Shown in pieces: positions 1 to 13,400 of a DNA stretch of 64,000 bases (position 1 is its first letter; every line of letters begins with the position of its first letter). Source of the stretch: Laetmonice hystrix (taxonomy: Eukaryota); the NCBI GenBank assembly GCA_965235115.1, contig OZ249436.1:22880001-22944000 (forward strand), written 5' to 3'. Made by a program: the position numbers and the translations under genes. The notes under the pieces were generated by a model. It saw only the letters and a list, made by a program, of their open reading frames with translations. It ran no database searches and was not told the origin of the DNA.

Positions 1-1943
1 TCAGCGTATTACACTTTCATGAAGCTTCTCTTCCGAGTCGGTACTACTGATATATGGAGGATGTGAAACTCCTTGTTCACATGGCAACGGTTCCTCTATG
101 TAATGTGAGCATCAATAACCGCAATGCATTTGGTCACCACTATAGAACACTTTGAGTTCCATACACCAATACCCTGTCTCTTTCACTGTCTCTTGGCACT
201 CTGGAAACTCTCACAACCTCTACTCAGTAAAACTTAAACGTCCCTGCCATATACCTTATTTTGTGGCCCTCAAAATAACCTGAAATTTGAAAATTTTCCT
301 GGGGGTCATGGCCCCATACCCCTAGCTATGTTCTAAAATGCACTGAAGGTCCCTCAAATAACCTGAAATTTCAAAATTTTCCTGGGGGCCTCCAGCTATG
401 CTTCGCGCCTTCGTCACTCATTTGGCTGAAAGATCTCTCTTTTCCATCTGCACGTGTGCCCCCCCCCCCCCAACAGGAGGGCGTGCCCCCCAGGTGCCCC
501 CCTACCACCAAGACCCTTGCTACGCCACTGCTCCTATGACGCTCAGAAGGACCTCAGGGCACTCTATATCCGCGCTCTACGGCGATCTGGCCCATTTTCT
601 AGAGTGCAGCTAGATCGCCTTCCAGTGTGGGGGTATTCGCGACTGTCAAACCATCGGAGGGCCGGTCCAACAATCTCAAACTGACCACCGGTCAGTACCC
701 TCCCCCAGATAGACATACGGGCTGCCACTGGTGCTCAGTGCCACAATCTCTTCAACTGGCTGCCTCCAATGGAATCTGTCGGCCCAGGCTGTGTTTTCTA
801 TCTACCATCGGGGCTTCCTACCTATAGTAGCCAGGACCGAGCCTACCAATGAGCAGGGGAACATGATGGCCTGATTGGCTAGAGCAGACCATTCCCTCCC
901 CGCAAAGGATCATGGTCTCATCCGACACCATTTCATGTATTTTCTCTGGTGATAGAGTGGTATGTATGTAGTCTCGTTCCAACGTTACAATGAATGAGGT
1001 TTGACGGCATAATGCTCGTTCTCAAGGGTACTTTTATCAAGACTGTCATATTCTCCACTAAAAACGTGTGGCGATTACATGTATAAGGGGCACTCACCAA
1101 TCCTGGCACCATTTTCGGCCATAATGATATGTCTTAGCGCTGTATGAATAGGGTTGCTGAACCCATATAGTAGGTGTCTGCTCAGTGGCCATTACTTGGT
1201 AACATATAGCACGTTTAGGGCTGCACGAACGACTGAAGATCAGCTACAAGATATCCACCATCAAAAAACAACACCCCCGCCATCTTTATGGAGAAATGTT
1301 GACACATACATCAGGTCAAAGGTGGTGTCAAACCTGAGAAAACACAAAAAAGCCAGTAAAAATGCATTTGGTGATTTGCTGATGGATATTTTATCCACCT
1401 TTCACACTGATGAAAACCTATCGTCAATACAGAGAACTCTCCATTGATTTTTTTTATTTATTACTGATTTATTATCTCCTCGAATATTTCTGAATCAGCT
1501 GGGCCCTTTTTCGATGTTTAGTTAGTTAGTTTTAGTTAGGTTAAGGAAAAAAGACACTAACGCGCATGCCGCGTCTGAGTCGGCCTGAATCTGGATTTAT
1601 CTCAATAACAAAAAAACTCTTTGTATTCTAATCTGGGCTTTCTGATCAATACATAGGCCTTCAGGGTGAAAGACTGTCTTCCTCAAATCTTTGTCGCTGG
1701 ACAGATGTCTTTACAGAACTGCCAATGCATCAGATTCAAATCTTCTGCGCATTGGGAAAATCATTAATGCATCTGGCATTCATGTCGCCCGTTTCGTCCC
1801 AGGTACTATCTACGGATAAGGATCCAGTTACTAAGCTAGGATAGAACTACCGAATGCCCAAGGCGCCGCAAAGCTTGCTCCAAGCTATAGAAATAATGGT
1901 AGCCCGCTGAGATCAGGTTATTATAAAGGCTCTCTCTCATGTA

Positions 1944-2986
1944 CAGTTAGTTCCACTTAACCCAAACTTTTGGGGAAATCGGAAAAAATTTGGGTTAACC
2001 GAAAATTCGGGTTAACCGAAATGGCCCCATTTAGGCTCATAACCATTAGGCCTATGTCAAAGTCAACCCGCTGTACATGTATTTTAATATGTTGTATATT
2101 CTATAGTATAATAGTACATAGGGGGTGCTTTATTGTGAATAGATACAGAAAAAACAGTTGGAAAAATTCACCTCATGTTATTGGTTCAGCTTAACGTAAA
2201 TATCGATATATAAAAGGGCTTCTTCAATGTCGGGGTAGGCTGACTGGCGGATTTTCTTACGGGCGAAATCACCGCAACCTTGGTCACGCTCAGCAAAAAT
2301 CTGAACACGACTAGCCGGCTGCTTCCATTGAGAAATCCGTGGCGGGAGGTATACGTGACTCCTTGGAAAGCTTACTAGCCTTCTCTCCATTGTCAAGACG
2401 TTGCAAAATGCTAACTTTTACTGACAAGGGGTACGAAGATTACTTCCGTTTCTGTGACATGGTGCTAGCTGTATGGCAGTAGTAAGAATGAGCTGGGGTG
2501 GTAAGGTTCTGGCTTGTTTTATAGCAAAAAGCGTCAGCAACAAAGTGAATAGGTGTGACCCTCGTGCCTCACACGTCCTAAATTAGATTCACAAGTTTCT
2601 TAAGAAGGTAGAGGTGAGACCTGAATTCAAAGATTAGCACCTGGAGACCGTCTTTATACTGTGAATGTTTGATCTATTGAATAACCTACAAGAGACAGCA
2701 GCAAAGAGAAGCGGTGTGACTCAACACTTACACAGGTGTGATGTTAACGGGTTGCCTGTGTATACCTAGTCTGAGATTGTGTAAACAGAAAGTTCGGGTT
2801 AACCGGAAAAAATGACTCTTTGGAAATATAAATCAGTTCAGGTTAACCGAAATTTCGGGTTAACCGAATTCGGGTTAAGCGGACAAAATAGACAGTATTA
2901 AATAGGAAATCTGCAGGGAAATTAAAAAAAGGTTGGGTTAACCGAAAGTTTGGGTTAACCGAGTTCGGGTTAAGTGGAACCAACTG
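1944..2986 (-). mobile_element. Internally deleted pogo/Tigger (Tc1/mariner) DNA transposon
   Basis: TIRs CAGTT(A/G)GTTCCACTTAACCC at both ends, TA on both flanks (1942-43, 2987-88), repeated subterminal GGGTTAACCGAA motifs, and an internal transposase remnant. Confidence 0.88.
2211..2460 (-). pseudogene. pogo/Tigger transposase N-terminus (CENP-B-like HTH), one stop and one frameshift
   Basis: Manual translation from the ATG at 2460: MSQKRK*SSYPLSVKVSILQRLDNGEKASKLSKESRIPPAT/ISQWKQ...RKKIRQSAYPDIEEALL, matching the pogo/CENP-B HTH and RKR.R...Y.D.E.AL pattern. Confidence 0.82.
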
Positions 2987-3792
2987 TATTTGATACACAT
3001 GTATTCAGGGGATGTACATATCCAAACAGATCATGAGCTTGGTTGCCTCTAATAATCAAAGCTCAACACGGTATCCTTTACATCTCCGTCCGCAGCGTCC
3101 ATGAACCAAACTTAATTCAGACCACAAAGGTCGCACGGTGGATCCCGGTATTGCCGCTCATTATGCATTCTCCCCATTCTCAGTGTCAACTGATTTTTAC
3201 TCAGCCTCCCATAACTTAGTTACGAGCACCACCTCACCCTTAGCAAGCCGGAAAATTGAGCCTTAAAAGTCCTAAAGAGACCGGCAATCTCTGTGTGGAT
3301 TCTGTGGACCTCTGCTGTGCGGCAGGGACTGCTAGGTCAGCACAGCCGCTTCCTCATCAATCAGATCCAATGATGCTGACTGAGCCTCCTCATGTTCTCT
3401 GACCACAACAATCATTTACCATCCCCATACATGAAATGGCCTGTTTCCACCTTCCATGCTTGATCACTTCATCAACTGTATTAGACCTCTGCTTGTCAGG
3501 TGCTTAACTTCAGAAGACGCACTCAATATATTGAGCCCTCCTTGATAAACCCCCATTGATTTCATACCTCCCTCCGGCCCCATCCCTCATTGGCCCCATG
3601 ATCTTCGGATCTCACTCACTTCTGGTAGAACCCCCAACCTCACAGTCTATTATATCAATCCCAGTTTCCCCGGAGTAAGAGAGTCCTGAGTAGCTGTATC
3701 AGCAGAAGATGCAACACGGCAGTCAATTGTTGGCTCATCCCTCTGGCCTGTCTGCTTGCCTGTTGAGGGAATCCATCAGGATCCATCGTGTC

Positions 3793-4066
3793 GTTGTTTC
3801 CATCTACACCAGCCCTCACTCATCTCTTCCTGGTTTCTATTTCAACTGTTGTTTCCATCTACACCAGCCCTCACTCATCTCTTCCTGGTTTCTATTTCAA
3901 CTGTTGTTTCCATCTACACCAGCCCTCACTCATCTCTTCCTGGTTTCTATTTCAACTGTTGTTTCCATCTACACCAGCCCTCACTCATCTCTTCCTGGTT
4001 TCTATTTCAACTGTTGTTTCCATCTACACCAGCCCTCACTCATCTCTTCCTGGTTTCTATTTCAAC
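3793..4066. repeat. 55-bp tandem repeat, about 5 identical copies
   Basis: Unit GTTGTTTCCATCTACACCAGCCCTCACTCATCTCTTCCTGGTTTCTATTTCAACT starts at 3793, 3848, 3903, 3958, 4013. Confidence 0.95.
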
Positions 4067-4404
4067 CGGAAACAGGCAAAATGAGTACTTATCTTGCTCG
4101 GATTATGTTCTGCCCAAGAGTCTAAAGTCGAAATCCAACATTTCTCCGAGAAAAAATAAATAATTGAAAAAACATTGCTTGTTAATTTATCTACGGGCCC
4201 TCTTAAAGGGGTCCAATGGCATCATCTTTTTAAGAGATAATCTGTCCTGTCTGCACAGAAATATATCATATTACAACGATATCTCTCATTATGTGTCGAT
4301 TTACTTCTAACAATAGCGAAACTGAACGAGCAAACGTGCCATTCTTCACTTGGACGGTGAAAAATGAGATGGAGTTTTACCTTCCTGCCCGTGAGCACCA
4401 GTCC

Positions 4405-4520
4405 GACTAAACACTGAAACCGACCGAAACTGACTCAAACCGACCGACTTTATTGCCATCTGGAGGTCGGTGTCGGTTTATGCTAAAGTAGGTTTTGGTC
4501 GGTTTCGGTGTTTATAGTCG
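4405..4520. repeat. Short imperfect palindrome, probable MITE remnant
   Basis: AAACACTGAAACCGACCGAAAC pairs with GTTTTGGTCGGTTTCGGTGTTT. Confidence 0.5.
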
Positions 4521-5015
4521 CACCCAAACAGAAACCATGCATGTCCCCGATGTTCGGAACAGGTTTTCTTATACATAATCTAACATAAGATGCAATTGAA
4601 TCCCTTTAATGATACCATCCAAGACAGACATTCCCATGTTACAAGCGATGTAATACTGAACTTGGCCAGACAAATCCCATTCTTGAAATGTCGTTCAAGA
4701 TCTCAGTACCGATTTACTTATTAATCCTTTTTTATCCTACTAATCCTACAACGAGTAAAATGGGTTTAATGTGTCTCCTTTTTCAATTTACTATTATGTT
4801 ACCTTTCAAGTTTAAGAGCACTGAGTAAATGGTGAGGCAATTTGCGGTTTCTGCCTTGTCTCTTGTGTTTCTCTGTGTGTCTCTGTCCGCCTGTCTCTGG
4901 CTCTCTGTGGCTCTTTCTTTCCAATACTTTTTCTCCTAGATGAGCCTGTAGGTCGCCAGGGCTGATGGGGCACCACGGAGCTTCTGATGACCACAATTAC
5001 TTCTTGGCGACTCAT

Positions 5016-5090
5016 ACCCGCTTTCGATCAGAGCCAGAAGACCTTCTAGAAGTGCCTGGTCGCACAAAGTCCAAATCCCTCGGGGGGCGG
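5016..5090 (+). pseudogene. Possible L2/CR1 LINE ORF2 C-terminal scrap
   Basis: TRFRSEPEDLLEVPGRTKSKSLGGR resembles the L2-type tail motif LRS....LL.VP....K..G.R; very short. Confidence 0.35.
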
Positions 5091-6746
5091 GGGGCGACTG
5101 GGGCCGGTGGATATAATGGCCATAAATCGTACACAGCAGAGCCTATCCCTGCCTCATGCGACTTGACAATACGCTGCTAGAATGTACATCAAAAAGACAT
5201 GTTATCGGGTCGCCCTTCTAATGGACACAAGATGCTAGAATGCGATACAGTAGACGGATAGGGTAAGGTCCGTTCACATAATCGTTTTGTGTCGGTGCCT
5301 CCACCGGCCACCTCCCGACGCACCACCATGGAAAGGCAGAGGGTGTTACTGAAGAGCTTTCTGCGATTGCCTGAAACTTGTTTTTAACCGAGATAAACTT
5401 AATATTTCAATCGACGTCTAATGCTGATGCGTGAATATGCATTTATTTTTTCATGCAAGAATACTTCATTTGATGCTTTTTATTTGTACCCCCCTCCCTC
5501 AGCATGCCGGGGGGGGGGGGGGGCTTCCCCAATCCAACCATCTTGTATCATAAAAACCAGCCCACCGTACTCACAGATAGGATTAGGCAGCAAACACATG
5601 AATATGAATGAATCAATTACGTGCCTGTACTTTACCTTCAAACATAGGGAAGAGTCTCGGATCAGATCGGATGTCCCTCCCAATCATATCATATCATCTT
5701 ATCACATCATCTGATCACAGTGTTGGATTCCATCAAAGTTGCCGAATCACCGGAGAGCTTCCAATTCATTGGTCAGGCCAAGCAAAGGTTCATAGCTTCA
5801 ATTCACCAATCCGATCATTCCAGATGCTCTCCTTGAATAAAGCTCTGTAATGATCAGAGTTGTAATATGTTGGATGTCGTCCTGGTTCTCACCCCAATCC
5901 AGGCTATATCCAACCACAGGAGTCTGGCACATTGGGCGGGCAGTAGCTATAGTAGTATAATAACTAAAGGAAAGAAACGGGTTTGTCCACTGGCTCGATC
6001 GCCGTCGCGGACATCGGGTTCTAACGCCAGAACGCAGTGGTGCTGAGGTAAAATTCTGGGCATGGTAAAAGAAAACATCTACTGCTACATGTACGCTATC
6101 ATAAACTCGCTTAAATGTACATCCTAACATTAAAGGCCATAGAAAAGTTCAAACTATCAATATAAGGGTGTTCAGCATGAACAAGCTTGTTCCTACCTAC
6201 AATCCTGTGATGGTCTGATCTTTAATAAAGGAATAATCAACTGAAATGTAGCTAGGCATTCTCCTGCTGACTTCGTCTGCTTGTCTGCCCTACTTGTCCA
6301 CGGATTGTTATGTGGCCGCCAGGCGGAACGAACCACGCAGATTCCCAGCCAGGGTGCCGCTATTCCCGTCCCACTGCGATTCCACTTTTACCAGAAACAT
6401 GCCCATGATGGCGGTAGATTCATTGACAATTTCAGAGAGGGTTGCAAACGATAGCCGCACACTAACTCTGTATTTGTTAACATGTCCCAATAAGGGTGTG
6501 AAGAGAGAGGGAAAAAGGTGTCTGCTGTCACCGGTAAGAGTACACAGTCAGTAGTGCAGTCGTAGTGAGTGAGTGTCCGATAAAGCCAGTGGCGGTGTAG
6601 CGTATGAAAATAGCGAATGACCCAGACGGTATTTTTAAAAGTCACCTTAGACAGTGATCCACTTATCGGCGCGACCTTAGACACTTCACATGGTGCTACT
6701 GGTGTTGTAAAGGTACGTTAATGAGGAATTTTACCTGCCTCTTTAA

Positions 6747-7100
6747 TATCTGCCCGAACCGTCGCCGACTAGCGATGCCAGCTACCTGTACCCGTAAGCC
6801 ATTACGTGTTGACCTGGTGACGTCACGAACAGCAGCTCTGGGCTGAACTTTTATTGGAGCTCTTCAGCAAAGGATATGAAGTTATATGAAGTATATGAAG
6901 TATATGAAGTTATGAATATATATCAAAGCAATAACAAACACAATTGAGATTTTTATCGTTTTTTAAATGTTGTTTTCACTCAATCGTAAATACCAGTAAC
7001 ACATTCAGCCCGGAGCTGCTGTTGTGACGTCACGCCAACACGTAATGACGTAGGGGTACACGCAGCTGACAACGCTAGTCGGCGACGGTACAGTCAAATA
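6747..7100. mobile_element. MITE with about 100-bp imperfect TIRs
   Basis: ACCGTCGCCGACTAGCG...GTGACGTCAC...CAGCAGCTC.GGGCTGAA is mirrored at 7003-7100 around an AT-rich spacer. Confidence 0.75.
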
Positions 7101-7339
7101 CTAGGGTTAAGATTTACATTTAAGTGAGTTTATGCTAGCGTACATGTAGCAGTGGATGTTTTCTTCTACCATGCCCAGAATTTTAACTCAGCACCACTGC
7201 GTTACGGTGTTAGAGACCGATGTCCGCGACTACGATCGGGCCAGTGGACAAACTCGTTTCATTCCTTCAGGTATTAATAGGATAACAACACAGCCGCCAC
7301 CATGTGTTCGTAGAACAGCTCTAGATACATGTACGGTGT

Positions 7340-7600
7340 GTTTTCGTCCAAGATGGCTGCCACGCAGCCATTTTGAATGATATCTGTTTGACGTGCGTCA
7401 TCCTGAGACCGTTCCTGATCCATGCAATTTGACCCATACACTTCTGAGAAATTGCTGTCTACGGACGTGCGGTACGTCCGCACGTACGCACGTCCGGGCG
7501 GCCTGACGTACGTGAGGATGGGCTGACGTATACGTACGGACGATCGTAAGGACATAGGGCAAATTAGAAGCGCCCGCCCTTTTGGGGTGGGGTCTAATAC
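7340..7600 (-). mobile_element. Fragment of HINE family 1 (end with TACG/ACGG microsatellite and CCC/GGG inverted repeat)
   Basis: Shares CCATTTTGAATGATATC..TGTTTGACGTGC and GACCCATACACTTCTGAGAAAT..CTGTCTACGGAC with 35040-35260. Confidence 0.7.
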
Positions 7601-8131
7601 ACCGATGCCCCCACAAGAACATCTTTCCGTCCCATTCCGTTCCGGATCAGATCCGCAGACAGTGTAGCAAGCCGTGCTCATTTTCATTGTTTTGACAATA
7701 TTAGAAGTGCCCGAACAGATTGGGCCTGATTTAATTCAGCTTGCCCAAGAGATAAATTCTTCATTTAGATTCCAATACAGGATCACTCCTCCCTTCCAGG
7801 GATATAATGCCTACCTCCATGTTGAAAAGAAACTAGACAGACACTGACTACTAAAAATGTTTAATTGGTAACTGATATGAAATGAAGCGGAGACCCTACT
7901 GCTTCATTTGTTTACGGTCAGTGCCGATAATGTGCTTGCTCAGTCATGATTTCTGCCTTTCCTGAATTACCATGGAAACCTATACAAAGATAACAAATGA
8001 CAGTTTGTTTATTCTGAGTGCTCTAACCTGCTAATCAACCATATAACAATATACACTGGTATGACAGTTTCTGCACAATGAACAGCCGATACGCATGGTC
8101 TCCTCTTCTTCAAGAAGAGAGACTGGCGTTA

Positions 8132-10425
8132 TAGTCCATGGGCCAAGGGTTGAAACCCTCCCCCCCCCCGGGGGATTTTTGCAGACTACCATTTTTAGAT
8201 ACCCTGTGATATGCCATTCCAGAATCTGCTTGTCTGCACGAAAACTGTTGGTGGGTGAAGGCTAATTTGCATAAATTAGCATAATTAATAACAAATCGTC
8301 ATAAGCTCAGGTAACTTGAAAACCATTTGGCCTAGAATCATATGTAATAGCACTTTTCCATACAATATCAACACGGGGAATCCATTTGTGACATTTGTTT
8401 TGTGATTCAAGGTCAAGATCAAGGTCAAATATCAAGGTCAAGGCCAAAAATGGCAAAAAACTGGGGTTTCCAGGACAGTTGGCCTAAAATCACATTTAAT
8501 GGAGTGTTTCCTTACAATATAGAGGCAGGCAATCCAATTGTGGCATACGTCTTGTGATTCGACATTAAAGTCAAGGTCAAATGTCAAGGTCAAGGCCACA
8601 AATGGCACAAATAGTCGGTCCGAAGTCCTTCCTTCCTGTAGTATCAGGGACATTTCAGCAGGAAACAAGCTCAAATTACGGACTACATGACTGGGGGGCG
8701 GGGTGTGGGTGGGACTACATGACTGGGGGTGTGGGTTAGTGAGGTGTGGGTGGGGCTGCATGACTGGGGGTGGGGGTTAGTGGGGTGTGGGTGGGACTAC
8801 ATGACTGGGGGTAGGGATTAGTGGGGTGTGGGTGGGGCTACATGACCGGGGGTGGGGGTTAGTGGGGTGTGGGTGGGACTACATGACCGGGGGTGGGGGT
8901 TAGTGGCGTGTGGGTGGGACTACATGACTGGGGGCGGGGGTTAGTGGGGTGTGGGTGGGGCTACATGACTGGGGGTGGGGGTTAGTGGGGTGTGGGTGGG
9001 ACTACATGAGTGGGAGTAGGGGTTAGTGGGGTTGTGCTGCAAGGTGTGGGGTGTGGGGTGTGGGTGGGTGTCTTGCAGGATGTGGGGGTGGGGTGTGGGT
9101 GGGTGTCCTGCAGGGTGTGGGGTGTGGGTGTGGTTGGGTGTCCTGCAAGGTGTGGGGTGTGGGTGTGGGTGGGTGTCCTGGAGGGTGTGGGTTGGGGTGG
9201 GGATGGGGGTCCTGCAAGGTGTGGGGTGTGGGTGTGGGGTATGGGTGGGTGTCCTGCAGGGTGTGAAGTGTGGGTGGGGGTATGGGTGGGTGTCCTGCAA
9301 GGTGTAGGGTGCTAATGTGATGCTTAACGAGTAATGTGAGGATTATTGTGAGGATGGCGATGAAGATGGTGATGTCAAATGTACTAATATTTCATGATAT
9401 CTGTACTGTAGTTAACTTTCTGTTATTCAATAAATGATCAGTACGTTGTAACCCACAAATTTGTCCTAGAAATCCCGTTTTTCGACCTTAAATTTGACCT
9501 TTGACTTTGACCGAGCCTCTCACAATATCCCAGTTTTGGGCCATTTGTGGCCTTGACCTTGACATTTGACCTCGACTTTAATGTCGAATCACAAGATTCC
9601 CACCCACACCCCACTAAACCCCACCCCCGGTCATGTAGTCCCACCCACACCCCACTAACCCCCCACCCCCAGTCATGTAGCCCCACCCACACCCTCTAAC
9701 CCCCACCCCCAGTCATGTAGCCCCACCCACACCCCACTAACCCCTACCCCCAGTCATGTAGTCCCACCCACACCCCACTAACCCCCACCCCCAGTCATGC
9801 AGCCCCACCCACACCTCACTAACCCACACCCCCAGTCATGTAGTCCCACCCACACCCCGCCCCCCAGTCATGTAGTCCGTAATTTGAGCTTGTTTCCTGC
9901 TGAAATGTCCCTGATACTACAGGAAGGAAGGACTTCGGACCGACTATTTGTGCCATTTGTGGCCTTGACCTTGACATTTGACCTTGACTTTAATGTCGAA
10001 TCACAAGACGTATGCCACAATTGGATTGCCTGCCTCTATATTGTAAGGAAACACTCCATTAAATGTGATTTTAGGCCAACTGTCCTGGAAACCCCAGTTT
10101 TTTGCCATTTTTGGCCTTGACCTTGATATTTGACCTTGATCTTGACCTTGAATCACAAAACAAATGTCACAAATGGATTCCCCGTGTTGATATTGTATGG
10201 AAAAGTGCTATTACATATGATTCTAGGCCAAATGGTTTTCAAGTTACCTGAGCTTATGACGATTTGTTATTAATTATGCTAATTTATGCAAATTAGCCTT
10301 CACCCACCAACAGTTTTCGTGCAGACAAGCAGATTCTGGAATGGCATATCACAGGGTATCTAAAAATGGTAGTCTGCAAAAATCCCCCGGGGGGGGGAGG
10401 GTTTCAACCCTTGGCCCATGGACTA
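8132..10425. mobile_element. Non-autonomous foldback transposon, Academ-like, about 830-bp inverted arms
   Basis: Ends TAGTCCATGGGCCAAGGG...CCCTTGGCCCATGGACTA, TTA on both flanks. Arms are near-identical: ORFs 8438-8761(-) and 9797-10120(+) give the same peptide. Confidence 0.85.
8683..9310 (+). repeat. G-rich minisatellites (about 41-bp then about 35-bp units) inside the foldback element
   Basis: CTACATGACTGGGGGTGGGGGTTAGTGGGGTGTGGGTGGGA units, then TCCTGCAAGGTGTGGGGTGTGGG units; C-rich mirror copy at about 9600-9875. Confidence 0.9.
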
Positions 10426-10472
10426 TTAGTCTCCACTCCTTCAAGAACAGAGACCTTGCCCATTCCGCCCAG

Positions 10473-13400
10473 TAGTAGACATGCTAAGAGCTCAAAAAGG
10501 GGTGAACACTGCATTTTATAGTGCAAATGTCTAACTTGGCATGATTGGTCCTTAGGGCAAAAGGAAAAAAAATATCCAAAGAGACAAGTTGTCTCTATGC
10601 ATAGAGGCCCCTAATTTGAATAAATTATGCTAATTAGCACCCGACGGAAGTCGATTTCTAAATTTTGAACCAATTCACTTAGAAATACGTGTGATAGGTG
10701 GATTTCAACTAATTTGGGGGTCAGAAATCCATCTGCAGGGTTATTTTGACATTTGGCGGCCATTTTCACCCTCAAATCCAAGATGGCCGCCAGCAACCAT
10801 CTGAAATCTAGCTTACCCATGGCGATTCACTTTTGGCATTATCTCCACCCGTAAATTGACATTTTTCAGTGTATAATTTTTTTCTTAGGAGGTTCTGGGA
10901 CAGAGGAATCGGTCACAAGAAAAAAAAAGAATGATTGGCCGCGCCCTCATTTGCATAAATTAAATATGGCCGCCATCTTAACACGAATTTGAGCTATTCT
11001 GGCTATATCGCAACGTCAAAATGGAATTTTACTCTTTATAAAGTACTGTTTAGGGGATAAATGACGTACACAATCTTTTTGCAGTGATACATATTCTAAT
11101 TGGTCCACCCCTCATTTGCATAAATCCAATATGGCCGCCATCTTACCCATGGCGATTCACTTTTGGCATTATCTCCAACTGTAAATTGACTTTTTTCATT
11201 ATGTAAATTATTTTTTAGGAGGTTCTGGGAATCGGTTACTAGAAGAAAAAGAGTGATTGGCTCGCTCCCTCATTTGCATAAATTAAATATAGCCGCTATG
11301 TTGGCCAGAACTCGAGCTATTCTGGCTATATCTTCACGTCAAAATGAGTTTTACTCATTAAAAAAGCTCATTTGCAATATGTAGTCTATTTCTTGTGGCA
11401 AGAAAGTGAAGTGGTAAGCAATCTCTGTTGATATTGTTGCCCGTGAGGGCTCCCTACATGTTTTGACTGAGCTTAGACTGAAACAAACACTACAGTGAGG
11501 GCTCCCAACATGTACTGCCTGGCCTTATACTCGAGCAAACACTACAGTGAGGGCTCACCACATCCACTGACTGATCTTATACTCGAGCAAACACTACAGG
11601 GACGGTTCCCTCCATGTAATGACTGGCCATTGGCTGCAGCAAACCATACAGTGAGGGTTCACTACATGTAGTGAGCGGCGTCATACTCTGGTTACTATCG
11701 GTTACTAGAAGAAAAAGAGTGATTGGCTCGCTCCCTCATTTGCATAAATTAAATATAGCCGCTATGTTGGCCAGAACTCGAGCTATTCTGGCTATATCTT
11801 CACGTCAAAATGAGTTTTACTCATTAAAAAAGCTCATTTGCAATATGTAGTCTATTTCTTGTGGCAAGAAAGTGAAGTGGTAAGCAATCTCTGTTGATAT
11901 TGTTACCAATGAGGGCTCCCTTAGCCTACATGTTTTGACTGAACTTAGACTGAAACAAACACTAGAGTGAGGGCTCCCCACAGGTATTGACTGCCCTTGG
12001 GCTGGAGCAAACACTACAGTGAGGGCTGCCTCTATGTATTGACTGCCCTTCGGCTGGAGCAAGCAGTACAGTGAACGCCCCCTACATGTATTGAGTGGCG
12101 TCATACTCGAGCAAACACTACTCTACATGGATTGACTGAGTTTAGACAGGAGCAAACACTAGAGTGATGGCTCCCTACATGTATTGACTGGCCTTATACT
12201 AGAGCAAACACTACAGTGAGGGCTCCCAACTGTCTGGCCTTTTGCGCTCACTGTTAGTCTTTGCTCGAGTATAAGGCCAGTCAGTACATGTGGTGACCCC
12301 TCACTGTAGTGTTTGTACGAGTATAAGGCCAGACGGTACATGTTGGGAGCCCTCACTGTAGTGTTTGCTCCAGGCCTAGGGCAGTCAATACATGTAGGGA
12401 GCCCTCACTGTAGTGTTTGCTCCAGTCTAAGGCCAGCCAATACATGTAGAGAACCCTCACTCTAGTATTTGCTAGAGTATAAGGCCAGTCAGTCGATGTG
12501 GTAACCTTTCACTGTAGTGTTTGCTCGAGTATAAGGCCAGACGGTCCATGTTGGGAGCCCACACTGTAGTGTTTGTTCGAGTATGACGCCACTCACTACA
12601 TGTAGTGAACCCTCACTGTACGGTTTGCTGCAGCCCATGGCCAGTTATTACATGGAGGGAACCCTCCCTGTAGTGTTTGCTCGAGTATAAGGCCAGTCAG
12701 TACATGTTGTGACCCCTTATTGTAGTGTTTGCTCGAGTATAAGGTGCCCTCACTTTAGTGTTTGCTTCAGTCTAACCTCAGTCAAAACATGTAGGGAGCC
12801 CTCACTGTACTGTTTCCCCCAGCGCTAAGCCAGTCTTTATATGGAGGGAGCTCTCACGGTAGTGTTTGCTCCAGCCCAAGCGCAGTCAATACATGTAGGG
12901 AGCCATCAGTGTAGTGTTTGCTCCAGCCTAAGACCAGCCAATACATGTAGAGAGCCCTCACTGCACATGTAGTGTTTGCTTCAGTCTAAGCTCAGTCAAT
13001 CCATGTACAGAGCCCTCACTGTACTGTTTGCTCGAGTGTAAGGCCAGACGGTACATGTTGGGAACTCTCACTGTACTGTTTGCTCCAGTCTAAGGCCAGC
13101 CAATACATGTAGAGAGCCCTCACTGTAGTGTTTGCTTCGGTCTAAGCTCAGTCAATCCATGTACAGAGCCCTCACTGTAGTGTTTGCTCGAGTATAAGGC
13201 CAGACAGTCCATGTTGGGGGCCCTCACTGTAGTGTTTGCTCGAGTATGACGCCGCTCACTACATGTAGTGAACCCTCACTGTATGGTTTGCTGCAGCCAA
13301 TGGCCAGTCATTACATGGAGGGAACCGTCCCTGTAGTGTTTGCTCGAGTATAAGATCAGTCAGTGGATGTGGTGAGCCCTCACTGTAGTGTTTGCTCGAG

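Noticed and set aside
3709..4163. Three overlapping ORFs
   Set aside because: Produced by the stop-free 55-bp tandem repeat.
4860..4966. Polypyrimidine tract and AG acceptor at 4939
   Set aside because: All three frames stop within 27 nt downstream.
8438..10120. Identical 107-aa ORF pair and Gly/Val/Trp-rich ORFs
   Set aside because: Consequence of inverted arms and G-rich minisatellites.
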